Source: an uncultured Verrucomicrobiota bacterium
Lineage (GTDB): Bacteria; Verrucomicrobiota; Kiritimatiellia; RFP12; UBA1067
Assembly (NCBI GenBank): GCA_946613265.1
Contig: CAMOFK010000004.1
Coordinates: 17,399-81,398, forward strand
Reading direction: 5' to 3'
DNA: 64,000 bases
Below, piece by piece: positions 1 to 10,281 of this stretch. A program made the translations under genes and the position numbers. Numbering within the stretch: position 1 is the first letter of the stretch; the number at the start of each line of letters is the position of its first letter. The notes under the pieces are model-generated. The model was not told the DNA's origin, did not search any database, and saw nothing but the letters and a program-made list of their open reading frames with translations.

Positions 1-549
1 CTCGCGGGGCTGATGGCCGCGCAGACTTCCGGCAGCATCCTCGTCGTCGATGCAGACATCCAATCACGCTTCCTCGAAGGCGCCGACGCCGCCACAGCCG
101 TTGTCATGGACGACGCCGCCACGGCATCAATCGTCACTGCGGACGCATCGGAAAATCCACCGCCCTTCTCCTTCCTCTCCACTCATTCCGAAGCGCTCTC
201 GTGTCCGGCGGACGGCCCGATCGCGATGGACGGCTTCAAAGTCTTTTCTTTCGTCGCGCGCGATGTCGCCGAGTTCCTGCGGCCCTTTGGCGACGCTTTC
301 GACATGTTCGTGCCGCACCGCGCCAACCTCTACATGGTGCGCCAGCTCGCGAAATCCCTCGGCCTCGCAGACAAACTTCTCGTGGCGGACGCTCCATTCG
401 CAAATCCCGGCTCTTGCTCGATCGCCGCGACGCTGGCGCTTTGCGCGCGTCCGGGCAACGCGCTTATCGCCGGCTTCGGCGCCGGCCTTTCCGCCTGCGC
501 CGGCATTGTTTCCCTCCCAGCGCATTTCCAAGGCTCTCTCATCCCTTGA
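1..549 (+). CDS. 3-oxoacyl-ACP synthase III (FabH/KAS III) family protein, C-terminal fragment; 5' end lies outside the window
   Basis: The frame is open from base 1. The translation carries KAS III C-terminal hallmarks: FVPHRANLYM (H-x-A-N), ANPGSCSIA (GNTSAASIP-like) and GFGAGLS. Confidence 0.6.
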   Translation, partial: LAGLMAAQTSGSILVVDADIQSRFLEGADAATAVVMDDAATASIVTADASENPPPFSFLSTHSEALSCPADGPIAMDGFKVFSFVARDVAEFLRPFGDAFDMFVPHRANLYMVRQLAKSLGLADKLLVADAPFANPGSCSIAATLALCARPGNALIAGFGAGLSACAGIVSLPAHFQGSLIP

Positions 550-997
550 GACTTCTGCGCGCACACCCATCCGCACGCCCGCAAAAAGCCTCAAGACACC
601 CGGGAGAATCACGCCCACGCACGACCGCAAAGCCCCGAGGGGGCGACACATATATAGCCGGGGATGTAGCGCGCAACCCCCGGAAATCGTTCGAAGAACG
701 ATCAAACCATGTAGTGGCGACACAACGGGTGTTGTACTGTCGTTGGAGTATTGTGCCACCCCTTCGAGAGTTCGATTCAACTTTGCGCAACCACCGGCTG
801 TTTATGCGCCGCCCCGTCAGGGCTTTGCGCTGCACCACCGCGCGAACGCCTCACGAGAGGGGCGCGCTCTAGAAGCCTAGATTTCTAGGATTCGCTCGAC
901 GCGCATTCGTGAAGGACGCGCTCCCGCGCGAATTTGCGGCGCGCAGGACCCGACCAACTTTCCCTCAAATCCGGCATAGCCGCGAAGGCCGAAAAAA

Positions 998-1006
998 TGG
1001 TATAAT
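998..1006 (+). promoter_or_regulatory. Extended -10 promoter TGGTATAAT, 7 nt upstream of the M50 protease ATG (likely leaderless)
   Basis: TGG TATAAT at 998-1006, spacer ACTCCTC, ATG at 1014. No Shine-Dalgarno sequence fits in the gap. Confidence 0.5.
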
Positions 1007-1013
1007 ACTCCTC

Positions 1014-1781
1014 ATGTTTGGCATCAAGACCAGGTATTATCTGTTTGACGCATTCGGGGTGCCGTTGTATGTCGATTTGACATTTGCGGTACTGCTTTTG
1101 ATGTTCGTGTTCTCGCTCAACGACTTCGGCTACGGCCTGACGGCGGCGCTTTTGCTCGCGCTTTCCGTCGTCGCGCACGAGCTTGGGCATGCGCTGACTG
1201 CGCGGTCGTTCGGCTATCGCACGAGCGATATAACGATTTCGCTGCTCGGCGGCTGCGCATCGCTGATAGCGCTGCCGCGGCGCGCCAGCCAGGAATTCTG
1301 GACGGCGCTGGCAGGGCCGCTCGTATCGTTTGCGCTCAGCGCGCTGGGCTTTCTCGCGTGCGCCTACTACAGATTCGAAAACCATTGGGCGTACTTCTGC
1401 TTCTATTTCCTGGCGCAAATGAACTGGATGCTGGGGCTTTTCAACATGATGCCGGGCTTCCCGTTGGACGGCGGGCGGATTTTCCGCTCGGTGCTGCGGT
1501 ATTTCATGTCGCGCAGCACGGCGACATTTGTCGCGATGTGGGTAGGCAGGGCATTCGCAATCATACTCGGGCTCTCGGGGCTGCACGCGATTTTCACCGG
1601 CGGCGCCTGGGGATTCGTCAGATTGATGATCGCATCCATGATCTGGCGCCAAGGCACGCTCGAATACATGCAGGCGCAGATGGAAAGCGCGTGGGACCGC
1701 TTCGACGACGGCTGGCGCGCGCGTGTCTCGCCCCCTCCATACGGCGGCGACGGCCAGGACAGCGACGTGACGCGCGGCTAG
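1014..1781 (+). CDS. Site-2 protease family (peptidase M50) membrane zinc metalloprotease
   Basis: HELGH zinc motif, NMMPGFPLDGGRIF second motif, multiple hydrophobic segments. Start chosen at the ATG directly after the TATAAT box; the tracked ORF opens at 909. Confidence 0.8.
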   Translation: MFGIKTRYYLFDAFGVPLYVDLTFAVLLLMFVFSLNDFGYGLTAALLLALSVVAHELGHALTARSFGYRTSDITISLLGGCASLIALPRRASQEFWTALAGPLVSFALSALGFLACAYYRFENHWAYFCFYFLAQMNWMLGLFNMMPGFPLDGGRIFRSVLRYFMSRSTATFVAMWVGRAFAIILGLSGLHAIFTGGAWGFVRLMIASMIWRQGTLEYMQAQMESAWDRFDDGWRARVSPPPYGGDGQDSDVTRG

Positions 1782-1860
1782 GCGGGCTTCCACGTCTCCG
1801 CGGCTGCGCACTCCATATCTCTATATATACCTCAAAGCATCCAAAACAGGTGGACAAAAA

Positions 1861-2469
1861 ATGACACAAGAAGAAGTTCTGCAAGCATTCCGCGAGACCG
1901 GCGCCCTTCTCGAAGGGCATTTCGAGCTGCGCTCGAAACTGCATTCCGACCGCTATTTCCAGTGCGCCAACGTCCTTAGATATCCGCGAATCGCCGCGCG
2001 GCTCTGCGACGAGCTGGTGGCCAAGATGTCAGCCTCCGGACGCCTTGGCAAGATCGACGGCGTGATTTCGCCGGCCGTCGGCGGCATACTCGTGGGCCAC
2101 GAGGTTGCACGCGCGCTCGACACGAAGTGCATCTTCGCCGAGAAAGTGCAAGGCAAGGGCGTGGACGCGACCGGCAAGCCGAATACCGTGCTGGCGATGC
2201 GCCGCTTCTCCATCGCGCCGGGCGAAAGGCTGGTCGTCGCCGAAGACGTCGTCACGAAAGGCGGGCGCGTGCAGGAGACGATCGACCTCGTGAAAGCGGC
2301 CGGCGCGGAAGTCGCGGCCGTCGCGCTTCTCGTGGATCGCAGCGCAGGCAAGGTGACGTTCGGCGACATACCGATGTTCTCGCTCATGCAGATGACGCCG
2401 CAGACGTGGACGGCGGAGGAATGCCCGCTTTGCGCGAAAGGCTCGCGCCCGGTGCATCCAGGCTCGTGA
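1861..2469 (+). CDS. pyrE: Orotate phosphoribosyltransferase
   Basis: 202 aa. N-terminus LLEGHFELRSKLHSDRYFQC and PRPP-binding loop VVAEDVVTKGGRV are typical of PyrE. Confidence 0.85.
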   Translation: MTQEEVLQAFRETGALLEGHFELRSKLHSDRYFQCANVLRYPRIAARLCDELVAKMSASGRLGKIDGVISPAVGGILVGHEVARALDTKCIFAEKVQGKGVDATGKPNTVLAMRRFSIAPGERLVVAEDVVTKGGRVQETIDLVKAAGAEVAAVALLVDRSAGKVTFGDIPMFSLMQMTPQTWTAEECPLCAKGSRPVHPGS

Positions 2470-2521
2470 GAACGCCAATAGCGACAGGATTTCCATACGC
2501 AAAAAACAGAGGACAGGCAAA

Positions 2522-3745
2522 ATGGCAGAAACTAAAGAATCGAACGGCGCGGCAAAGGTGGCCGTCGCCGCCATAGCACAAATACTCACATGCGCAGTTT
2601 GCATCGCCATCGGCTGGATCGTCAAGGACAACTGGCCGAAAGAGAAAACCGGCCAGGACGCAAACCCGCTGGCGGCGATGCTGGGCATGCCGCAAACGGT
2701 CGCCGTGACAAACGCGCAGCTCAAGACGTACAACCGCCCGGAACGCTTCGTCGCGCACGCCGAGCCTGTCCAGGAAGTCGATCTCCTCCCGCAAGTCGAT
2801 GGCTACATACTCGAAAAGAAGTTCAAGGAAGGCGCGACCGTCAAAGAGGGCGAGCTGCTCTACGTGCTTGACGACGAGCGCTACCAGGCGGTCGTGAACC
2901 AGCGCAAGGCCGACCTCGAAGCCGCGGAAGCGGAAGCGCGCCGCGCAAAGCGCTATTTCGAGCGCATGCAGAATGCGGACGAGCGCGGCATCACGCAGCT
3001 CGAACGCGACAACGCGGAAGCCGCCAGCGAATCGGCGCAAGCCGCCGTGCTGCAGGCGAAGGCGAATCTCGTCGTCGCGGAGTACGACATGAAAAAGGCG
3101 AAAGTGATCGCGCCCATCTCCGGGCAGATCGGCAAATCCGCCGCGTACGTGGGCGACTATGTCGCGCCTTCGAAAGGCGCGCTCGCGCGCATCGTGCAGA
3201 TCGACCCCATGCGAATCTCCTTCCCGATGACCGACCGCGCGTACATCGCGTGGCGCGAAGCGCAGAAGGCCGGCACGGACGAGAAATTCCGCCTCCGCCT
3301 CATCCTCGCCGACGGCAGCGAATACAACCACTCCGGCGAATGGGATTTCGACGACAACGCCATGAGCAAAGAGACGGCGACGATACAAATGCGCCTCAAG
3401 TTCCCGAATCCCGACCGTCTTCTCATCCCCAACAGCTACGTCACGCTTCTCGTCGATTACCAGAATCCTCCCAAGTATCCGAGCATTCCGCAATCCGCGC
3501 TGTTCGATCTTTCCGGAGGCAGAACGGGCGTGTGGGTGGTGAAGGCGGACGGCACGGTGGAGCAGCGCGCCGTCAAGACCCGCGATCCTTTCGAGGGATG
3601 GGTGCCAGTGCTCGACGGCCTCGCCGAAGGCGAGAAAGTCGTGATTTCCGGCGTCGCGAAGCTCCAGCCCGGCACAAAAGTCATCGAGACCGCGCCGACG
3701 CCGAACGAAGATATCGACCCTGCCTACAAGCATGTCGAAGACTGA
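2522..3745 (+). CDS. RND efflux periplasmic adaptor (membrane fusion protein, HlyD family)
   Basis: N-terminal TM segment and a coiled-coil hairpin (YQAVVNQRKADLEAAEAEARRAKRYFERMQ). Sits directly upstream of the RND permease. Confidence 0.8.
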   Translation: MAETKESNGAAKVAVAAIAQILTCAVCIAIGWIVKDNWPKEKTGQDANPLAAMLGMPQTVAVTNAQLKTYNRPERFVAHAEPVQEVDLLPQVDGYILEKKFKEGATVKEGELLYVLDDERYQAVVNQRKADLEAAEAEARRAKRYFERMQNADERGITQLERDNAEAASESAQAAVLQAKANLVVAEYDMKKAKVIAPISGQIGKSAAYVGDYVAPSKGALARIVQIDPMRISFPMTDRAYIAWREAQKAGTDEKFRLRLILADGSEYNHSGEWDFDDNAMSKETATIQMRLKFPNPDRLLIPNSYVTLLVDYQNPPKYPSIPQSALFDLSGGRTGVWVVKADGTVEQRAVKTRDPFEGWVPVLDGLAEGEKVVISGVAKLQPGTKVIETAPTPNEDIDPAYKHVED

Positions 3746-3789
3746 GCCGCGCAACACGCACACTTTAAAAAAGCACCGGTAGATTTCTC

Positions 3790-6700
3790 ATGAAGCTTTC
3801 CATAAGACAGGCGGTCGATGAGATCAAAACCTTCTCGCGGACATTCGTGGAGCGGCCGCGCTTCGCGATGGTCATCGCGATCGTGCTCACGATCGCCGGC
3901 ACGATGTCGATATTCTCGCTGCCGATCGCGCAGTATCCGCAGCTGACGCCGCCGGAAATCCGCGTCACCTACAACTACCCCGGCGCGAACGCCCGCGAAG
4001 TCATGAACACGATGGCCACGCCAATCGAAGATGAAATCAACGGCGTGGACGACATGATCTACATGTCCTCCGACTGCGGAGACGACGGCTCGTATTCGCT
4101 GACCGTCTCCTTCGAAGTCGGTTCAGACCGCGACATGGATCTCGTCAAGGTCCAAAACCGCCTCACGCAGGCGGAGGCGAAACTCCCGGCGGAGGCAAAG
4201 GAACTCGGCGGCCGCGTCAGAGCGCAATCGACGGACTTCCTCGGCTTCCTCTCCATCCGCTCCCCCAAGGGGACGCACTCGCGCCTGGAGCTTTCCGACT
4301 ACGCCTACCAAAACATCCAGCCCGTGCTGCTGCGCGTGCCGGGCGTCGGCGAGACGACGATCTACGGCCCGAAGCTGGCCGTCCGCGTATGGCTCGATCC
4401 GCAGCGCCTGGCGGCGCAGGGCATGAACTCGGAGGAAGTGATCGCGGCGATTTCCAAGCAGAACGTCCAGGCGTCTCTCGGCGCCGTGGGCGCGTCTCCG
4501 ACGAAAGAGCATGGCGCGTTCACATACTCGCTGCTCGCGAAGGGGCGCTTGATGACGCCGGCGGAATTCAACGAGATCGTCGTCCGCCGCGATGACGAAG
4601 GCGGCCTCGTCAAGCTGAAAGACATCGCGCGCGTCGAAATCGGCGAACAGAACTATTCGTTCTCCGGGCAGCTCAACGGCGGCAACTCCATCAACATCGC
4701 CGTGCAGCAGAAGCCGGGCGCGAACGCCATCAAATCGATGGACGCGCTGCTCGCCGAGATGGACCGCCTGCAAGCCGAATTCCCTCCGGACATGGAATAC
4801 ACCGTGCCGTACGACGCGACAGCGTACGTGCGCATGTGCATCCAGGAAATCGTCGAAACGCTTCTCATCACCTTCGCGCTCGTCGTGCTTGTCTGCTACC
4901 TCTTCCTGCAGGACTGGCGCGCGACGCTCATACCGTGCCTGACGATACCCGTTTCGATATGCTCCACGTTCATCCTGATGGCCGTGCTGGGATACTCGAT
5001 AAACATATTGACCCTGTTCGGGCTGGTGCTGGCGATCGGCGTGGTGGTAGATGACTGCATCGTCGTGGTCGAGCGCGTGCAGTTCATAATAGAGACGCGC
5101 GGATACAACGCGAAGGAAGCGACGATACAGGCGATGAAGGACGTGACGGGCGCGGTCATCGCCACGACGCTCGTGCTGCTGGGCATCTTCGTCCCCGTAG
5201 GCTTCATGAGCGGCATCACGGGCAGAATCTACCAGCAATTCTCCGTGACGCTTTCGGCGGCGGTGTGCTTCTCGACGCTGTGCGCGCTGACGCTGGCGCC
5301 CGCGCTGTGCTCGCTGCTGCTGCGCGAAGCGCGGCCGTACAAGCACGGCCCGCTCGCGTGGTTCAACAGCGCGATCGAAGGCTTCAAAGGATTTTTCGTC
5401 TTCGTCTCCAAAGCGCTGGCGCGCCGGCTCATACTTTCCGGAATGCTTCTGGTGCTGACGATCCTCTTGACCTTCCAGATGTTCAAGGTCACGAAGACTT
5501 CGTTCCTGCCAGACGAAGACCAGAAAGTGCTGTTCGTCGCGCTGGAGCTTCCCGAAGGTTCCACGAAAGCGCGCACCCAGGAAGTCTCGCTGCGCGCGGT
5601 GAATCTCCTTCTAGGCCTCACCAACGAAGTCACGAGCGTAATGAGCATCAACGGCTTCTCGATGGTAGGCGGGCGCGGCGAAAATGAAGCCATGCTCATC
5701 GCCGAATTGAAAGACTGGAGCGAGCGCCGCAACAGCGAACAGTGGGTGAAGAACATGATCCCGACGGCGCAAAAGCTCCTCTCGCAGATTCCCGAAGCGA
5801 CCGTGCAAGTCTTCGCGCCGCCGGCGATTCCCGGCCTCGGCGCCGACGACGCCGTCGATGTCCGCATACAGGCGAAGGAAGATTCCGATCCGATGAAGCT
5901 GGACGCCGTGAAGAACGAAATGCTGATGAAGATCAACGCTCTTCCGTCCGTCATGGTGGCATACTCCGGCTTCACCGCGAAGACGCCGCACCTCCGGCTG
6001 GATATCGACCGCACGAAGGCGGAGATGTTCCACGTCCCCGTCGCGACGGCGTACGCGACGCTCCAGAACTATCTGGGCTCGCGCTATGTGAACGACGTAA
6101 ACCTCGGCACGCAGGTCAACCGCGTGACCGTGCAGTCCGACTGGACGGGACGCTCGACGCCGGAGGCCGTAGCCAATCTCTACGTGCGCAGCACCACTGG
6201 CGCGATGGTTCCCGTGGGATCGCTGGGGACGATCTCGCGCGAGCTTGGCCCGCGCGTCATGTCCCGCTACCAGATGTACCCCGCGGCGGGCCTGCGCGTG
6301 CGCCCGAAAGCCGGCGTCGCGTCCGGCCAGGTGATGGAAGACGTGAAGAATCTCTTGCACCGCGAATTGCCGGAAGGCTACGGCTTCGAATGGTCCGGCA
6401 TCACGTACCAGGAGCAGCGCAACGCAGGCTCGGCCGTGCCGCTGATCGCGATGGCGATTCTCTTCGGCTACCTCTTCCTCGTGGCGCAGTATGAATCGTG
6501 GACGATTCCGCTGCCCGTGATGCTCTCGATATTCGTGGCGACGTTCGGCGCGCTCGTCGGCCTGAAGATATTCAATCTCCCGCTCTCGGTATATGCGCAG
6601 CTGGGGCTTGTGCTTCTCGTCGGCCTCGCGTCGAAGAACGCGATCCTCCTCGTCGAATTCGCGAAGGACAAACGCGAGATCGAGGGCTTCTCGATCGTCG

Positions 6701-7020
6701 ATGCGGCCGGCGCGGCCGCCAGCGAACGCTTGCGCGCGATTCTGATGACGGCGCTCACCACCCTTCTCGGGACGTTGCCGATGTGCATGAATCTATTCTT
6801 CCCGAAATGGTGCTATCCCGGCGCGGGCGTCGCCAGCCGCAATGCGATCGGCATAACGGAATTCTTCGGAATGGCCGCGTCGGTCATGTTCGGCGTGCTG
6901 CTCGTGCCCGGTCTCTACGCGCTCTTCCAGACATGGCGCGAACGCATAAAGCGGTTCTTCGAATATCTCTCCGTGCGCGCGTTTCGCCGCCGCCAGCTCA
7001 AAGACAGAGCGATGAAATGA
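3790..7020 (+). CDS. RND family efflux transporter permease (AcrB/MexB-like)
   Basis: 1076 aa. N-terminus [41 protein letters not shown], 12-TM/two-large-loop layout, [10 protein letters not shown] motif. Confidence 0.9.
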   Translation: MKLSIRQAVDEIKTFSRTFVERPRFAMVIAIVLTIAGTMSIFSLPIAQYPQLTPPEIRVTYNYPGANAREVMNTMATPIEDEINGVDDMIYMSSDCGDDGSYSLTVSFEVGSDRDMDLVKVQNRLTQAEAKLPAEAKELGGRVRAQSTDFLGFLSIRSPKGTHSRLELSDYAYQNIQPVLLRVPGVGETTIYGPKLAVRVWLDPQRLAAQGMNSEEVIAAISKQNVQASLGAVGASPTKEHGAFTYSLLAKGRLMTPAEFNEIVVRRDDEGGLVKLKDIARVEIGEQNYSFSGQLNGGNSINIAVQQKPGANAIKSMDALLAEMDRLQAEFPPDMEYTVPYDATAYVRMCIQEIVETLLITFALVVLVCYLFLQDWRATLIPCLTIPVSICSTFILMAVLGYSINILTLFGLVLAIGVVVDDCIVVVERVQFIIETRGYNAKEATIQAMKDVTGAVIATTLVLLGIFVPVGFMSGITGRIYQQFSVTLSAAVCFSTLCALTLAPALCSLLLREARPYKHGPLAWFNSAIEGFKGFFVFVSKALARRLILSGMLLVLTILLTFQMFKVTKTSFLPDEDQKVLFVALELPEGSTKARTQEVSLRAVNLLLGLTNEVTSVMSINGFSMVGGRGENEAMLIAELKDWSERRNSEQWVKNMIPTAQKLLSQIPEATVQVFAPPAIPGLGADDAVDVRIQAKEDSDPMKLDAVKNEMLMKINALPSVMVAYSGFTAKTPHLRLDIDRTKAEMFHVPVATAYATLQNYLGSRYVNDVNLGTQVNRVTVQSDWTGRSTPEAVANLYVRSTTGAMVPVGSLGTISRELGPRVMSRYQMYPAAGLRVRPKAGVASGQVMEDVKNLLHRELPEGYGFEWSGITYQEQRNAGSAVPLIAMAILFGYLFLVAQYESWTIPLPVMLSIFVATFGALVGLKIFNLPLSVYAQLGLVLLVGLASKNAILLVEFAKDKREIEGFSIVDAAGAAASERLRAILMTALTTLLGTLPMCMNLFFPKWCYPGAGVASRNAIGITEFFGMAASVMFGVLLVPGLYALFQTWRERIKRFFEYLSVRAFRRRQLKDRAMK

Positions 7021-7136
7021 CGAACGGCCGCGGGCGGCCGCCGCGATGCGCCAGCGCATTCGCGGCTTTCGCCCGCGGCTGTGAAGGCACCCGCGCCGCG
7101 GCGGGCTTTCCCCGGACTTGCAAGGCAGGCGCGAGT

Positions 7137-10100
7137 ATGCAGCCAAAGACAGGGAAAAATGCAAAGCGCGCGCTTGCGCTCGCCGCGGCGATCCTTCTAG
7201 GCGCCGCGCCAAACGCGGCGTCCGGCAAAGCCTTGCTCGTCTTGCAGTGCGGAAGCGATTGGTGCGCCAGCGGCGACTTCGTGCGCAAGGTTTTCGAATC
7301 GGCGGAGTTTCGCAGGCCGCTCGCTGGTCGCTACGATTTCGCGATCTACGACGACATGGAGGAGCCGGACGCCAAAGTCAAGGCGGCGAACGCCAAGCTT
7401 GAAAAGGTCCGCGTGCCGACGTGGCGCTACCCCGCGATTACTTGCCTGACGGACGAGCCGCGCAGGCTCTACGCGCAGCTCGAAAACATCCCGTACGACA
7501 TTACCGCCGACTCTCTCGCGCGCGACATTCTCGCGGCGGCCGAAGTGCGGCGCGAAGTCCAGACGCTCTTCGACCACGGGAGAGGGAAGAACGCAGCCGC
7601 CGCCGATGCGCTCGGCAAAGGCTTCCTGGCGCTCGAAGCGCAGACCGGCGAATTCGCCTCGAAGTTCCTTTACGAGGGCGACTTCGCATGGAAGGAGCAG
7701 TGGGAGCACCTCGCGGAAATCGACGCCGGCGACAAATTCGGATGGTATCGCCGCCTCTCGATGGGATGCGGGTTCGATGAAATCGAAGCGGCCACGCAAT
7801 TCGCGAAGTCCGGGAGCCTGGAAAACGGAGAGAAGCATATCGCCAAGCTTCGCGCGATCCCCACGAACAACCTCGCCGTCGTACAGCGCCAGGCGATCGA
7901 AATGGCGGAATTCGCATTCCGCCGCGAAGGCGGCTCGGCATCCGCCGGCGACGCCTGCACGGAGATATTGCGCCGCGTGCTCGCGCTCGGGCGCGACACT
8001 GTCTGGGGACAGTGCGCGCTCGGCTATCTGCGCCTCGGCGGCGAGAAAATCGCGAGCGCGCCGCGCTACCGCGCCGATGTCCGCGAACGCCCGGCAAACG
8101 CAAAGAAAATCCAAACTCCTTTCAAGCTCGCCGAAATCTCTTCGCGCATCGCCGCGCTCAAGCCGGTCAATGGCTACAGCGACGAAGAGAAGCGCAACAT
8201 CGCCCTCTACGCCGTGCTGCGGAGAATCGGCGCCCACGCATGGGAACAGCTGAAGGCGCGCCCGGGCTCTCGCGCTTTCCTCGCCGCCTTCTTCCGCGAC
8301 CGCGAATGGATGGAAGATTTCGCGTGGAGCGGCGATTGCAGGGATTGGGGGAACGCCATACTCGCGCTCGAATCCCTGTATTTCCAGGACGGCGGCCAGT
8401 GGCTGGATGGCGAGGACGGCGCAGGACGGCGCTTCGCCACCGCAACGGCGCTGGAAAAGCCAGACGCCTCCGAAGAATGGCTCGCCGACTGGCTGGACGC
8501 ATACCGCGCGACCGCCCTTTCCAACCGCCTGCACAAAGCGGCGTACACGCAAGGCACGTGGCTGTGGCGCTACGCGATACGCCAGATACACTGCCCGGCC
8601 GAAGAAGATCCGCCGAACCAGCAGCGCTTTCTCGATACCTTCTGCAACGTCTCGCGAGGGCGCATGGGCGGCGCGCTCGGCTTCGTGCCGTATCGAATGC
8701 GGAACTGCCTCGGCGAGCACATCCACACCCCGGCATACTACGAGCCGTGGATCGCGGCAGGGGAATGGCCGAAGCGCCGCTACTCCTATCTCGTCGGCGG
8801 CGTCTGCGGAGAACTCTCCACATTCGCCTCGTGCTGCTCGAACGCCCACGGCCTTCCATCCATCCCCGTAGGGCAGCCGCGCCACTGCGCCTTCACGCGC
8901 CGCCTCGCAGACGGCACGTGGGAAATCGACAACTTCATCTCGCCGCCCACGGGATTCTCCGGCTTCTGGCCCGGCTCCGGGCACTGGACGTACACCGCCG
9001 CCGCAGAAGCGACTTTCGAAGGGGACAGGGAAAAGAGACTGAACGCGGATCGCGCGCTGGAACTCGCCCATCTTGCGGAAAGCCGCGGAGAGGAGATGCG
9101 CGCAATGCGCCTCCATCGCCTTGCTTGCAACTCGTGGCATGGCCACTACACGGCCTGGCGCGCCTACGGGGACTGGATCGTTCGCGCGCACCGCCCTCTC
9201 GAAGAACACAGAATATTCGCGCGCGCGTGCATCAAAGCCCTCGACGGCCTGCGGCACCCGCTATGGGATCTCTTGACGCCGTACTTCGAGCGCCTTGCCG
9301 GCGAAGGTTCCGCAAAAGATCTGGCCGACGCGCTCGCGGAGTTCGCGCCGCTGCTGCGCCAGCGCGACGAAATGCTGCAGGACAACGGCGACATAAGCAT
9401 CGTTCTGAAGCGCTGGGCGCGCCCGCTCGAGAGCAATCCCGAAGAAATGGAAAGAGCCGTGCAAAGCATCGTCGCCGCGCAATACGGCACGAAGACGTAC
9501 TTCGCGCAGACTCTCGGATGGTGCGCGCAATTCATCTTCGCCGACGAAAAGCGCGCCTCCAGATTTCTCAATTCGATTCCGAAGATGGCGGCGAAATTCG
9601 CCGATTCGCTCCGCAAGACCGGCAGCGTCGGCGCGAAGGCCGTGGCGGCGGCGAAGCGCGGCAAGCCCGATCTCGGCGCGTTCATACTTTCCGCCGAAGA
9701 CGGCGGAAACATAGCCGCATTCCGCCAGTTCGCGGAGATGCAGGAAAAGATCGGCGAGCCTGTCGCCGGGCCGCGCTTCAAGGAGAAGGATTTCAACGGC
9801 GAGCTGGTCTCCGCGGAAGGGATGATCTGCCTTTCGAAATCCGCGCCCGGCGACAATCCCGCCTTGCATCCGAAGGCGATAGACTCTTCGCCCGTGCAGA
9901 ACTTCACGTTCTGCGTCGATCAATACGTCGAACCTTGGGCGAAAGTCGTTCTCGCCGGGCCGTGTTCGCTTCGCGGCATCGTCGTAGTGAACCGCTCGCC
10001 GGACAAAAAGCTCCGCGAGGGGCAGCTGCCGATAGAAATCGAAGTCTCCGAAGACGGCGCGAACTGGACTAAGGTTTACGAAGATTCCCGCCTGCGCGAT

Positions 10101-10250
10101 CAATACCGCGTGGAATTCACGCTTTCCAAGGCCCCGCGCGCCCGCTATGTGAGAGTCCGCAGATTGCCGAGAAAATCCCGCGACGGCCGCGACGAGCAAT
10201 CGGGCTTCATGCTTTCGAAGATTCTCGTTTACGGCAAGAAGCTTTATTGA
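7137..10250 (+). CDS. Large secreted protein with a Cys-containing N-terminal module, a transglutaminase-like Cys-His-Asp core and a C-terminal F5/8 type C (discoidin) domain
   Basis: Signal peptide MQPKTGKNAKRALALAAAILLGAAPNAASG, then LVLQCGSDWCASG. Core is GGVCGELSTF...RHCAFTRRLADGTWEIDNF. The last ~150 aa (PIEIEVSEDGANWTKV...ARYVRVRR) are discoidin-like. Start set at the ATG at 7137; the ORF upstream of it overlaps the RND gene. Confidence 0.55.
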   Translation: MQPKTGKNAKRALALAAAILLGAAPNAASGKALLVLQCGSDWCASGDFVRKVFESAEFRRPLAGRYDFAIYDDMEEPDAKVKAANAKLEKVRVPTWRYPAITCLTDEPRRLYAQLENIPYDITADSLARDILAAAEVRREVQTLFDHGRGKNAAAADALGKGFLALEAQTGEFASKFLYEGDFAWKEQWEHLAEIDAGDKFGWYRRLSMGCGFDEIEAATQFAKSGSLENGEKHIAKLRAIPTNNLAVVQRQAIEMAEFAFRREGGSASAGDACTEILRRVLALGRDTVWGQCALGYLRLGGEKIASAPRYRADVRERPANAKKIQTPFKLAEISSRIAALKPVNGYSDEEKRNIALYAVLRRIGAHAWEQLKARPGSRAFLAAFFRDREWMEDFAWSGDCRDWGNAILALESLYFQDGGQWLDGEDGAGRRFATATALEKPDASEEWLADWLDAYRATALSNRLHKAAYTQGTWLWRYAIRQIHCPAEEDPPNQQRFLDTFCNVSRGRMGGALGFVPYRMRNCLGEHIHTPAYYEPWIAAGEWPKRRYSYLVGGVCGELSTFASCCSNAHGLPSIPVGQPRHCAFTRRLADGTWEIDNFISPPTGFSGFWPGSGHWTYTAAAEATFEGDREKRLNADRALELAHLAESRGEEMRAMRLHRLACNSWHGHYTAWRAYGDWIVRAHRPLEEHRIFARACIKALDGLRHPLWDLLTPYFERLAGEGSAKDLADALAEFAPLLRQRDEMLQDNGDISIVLKRWARPLESNPEEMERAVQSIVAAQYGTKTYFAQTLGWCAQFIFADEKRASRFLNSIPKMAAKFADSLRKTGSVGAKAVAAAKRGKPDLGAFILSAEDGGNIAAFRQFAEMQEKIGEPVAGPRFKEKDFNGELVSAEGMICLSKSAPGDNPALHPKAIDSSPVQNFTFCVDQYVEPWAKVVLAGPCSLRGIVVVNRSPDKKLREGQLPIEIEVSEDGANWTKVYEDSRLRDQYRVEFTLSKAPRARYVRVRRLPRKSRDGRDEQSGFMLSKILVYGKKLY

Positions 10251-10281
10251 CGCTTCCGCGGTTTCTGGGCGGCAAAAAGTT

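Noticed and set aside
639-800. tmRNA or tRNA-like gene (GGGGGCGA start, GTTCGATTC T-loop-like motif at 768-778, smpB present in the window)
   Set aside because: The bases flanking the T-loop-like motif do not pair into a T-stem. No complementary acceptor 3' strand or CCA context exists, and no plausible tag reading frame ends in an ALAA-type terminus.
6498-7136. Upstream 213-codon extension of the transglutaminase-like gene ORF
   Set aside because: It overlaps the 3' end of the RND permease in another frame and is Arg-rich. A proper signal peptide begins at the ATG at 7137.
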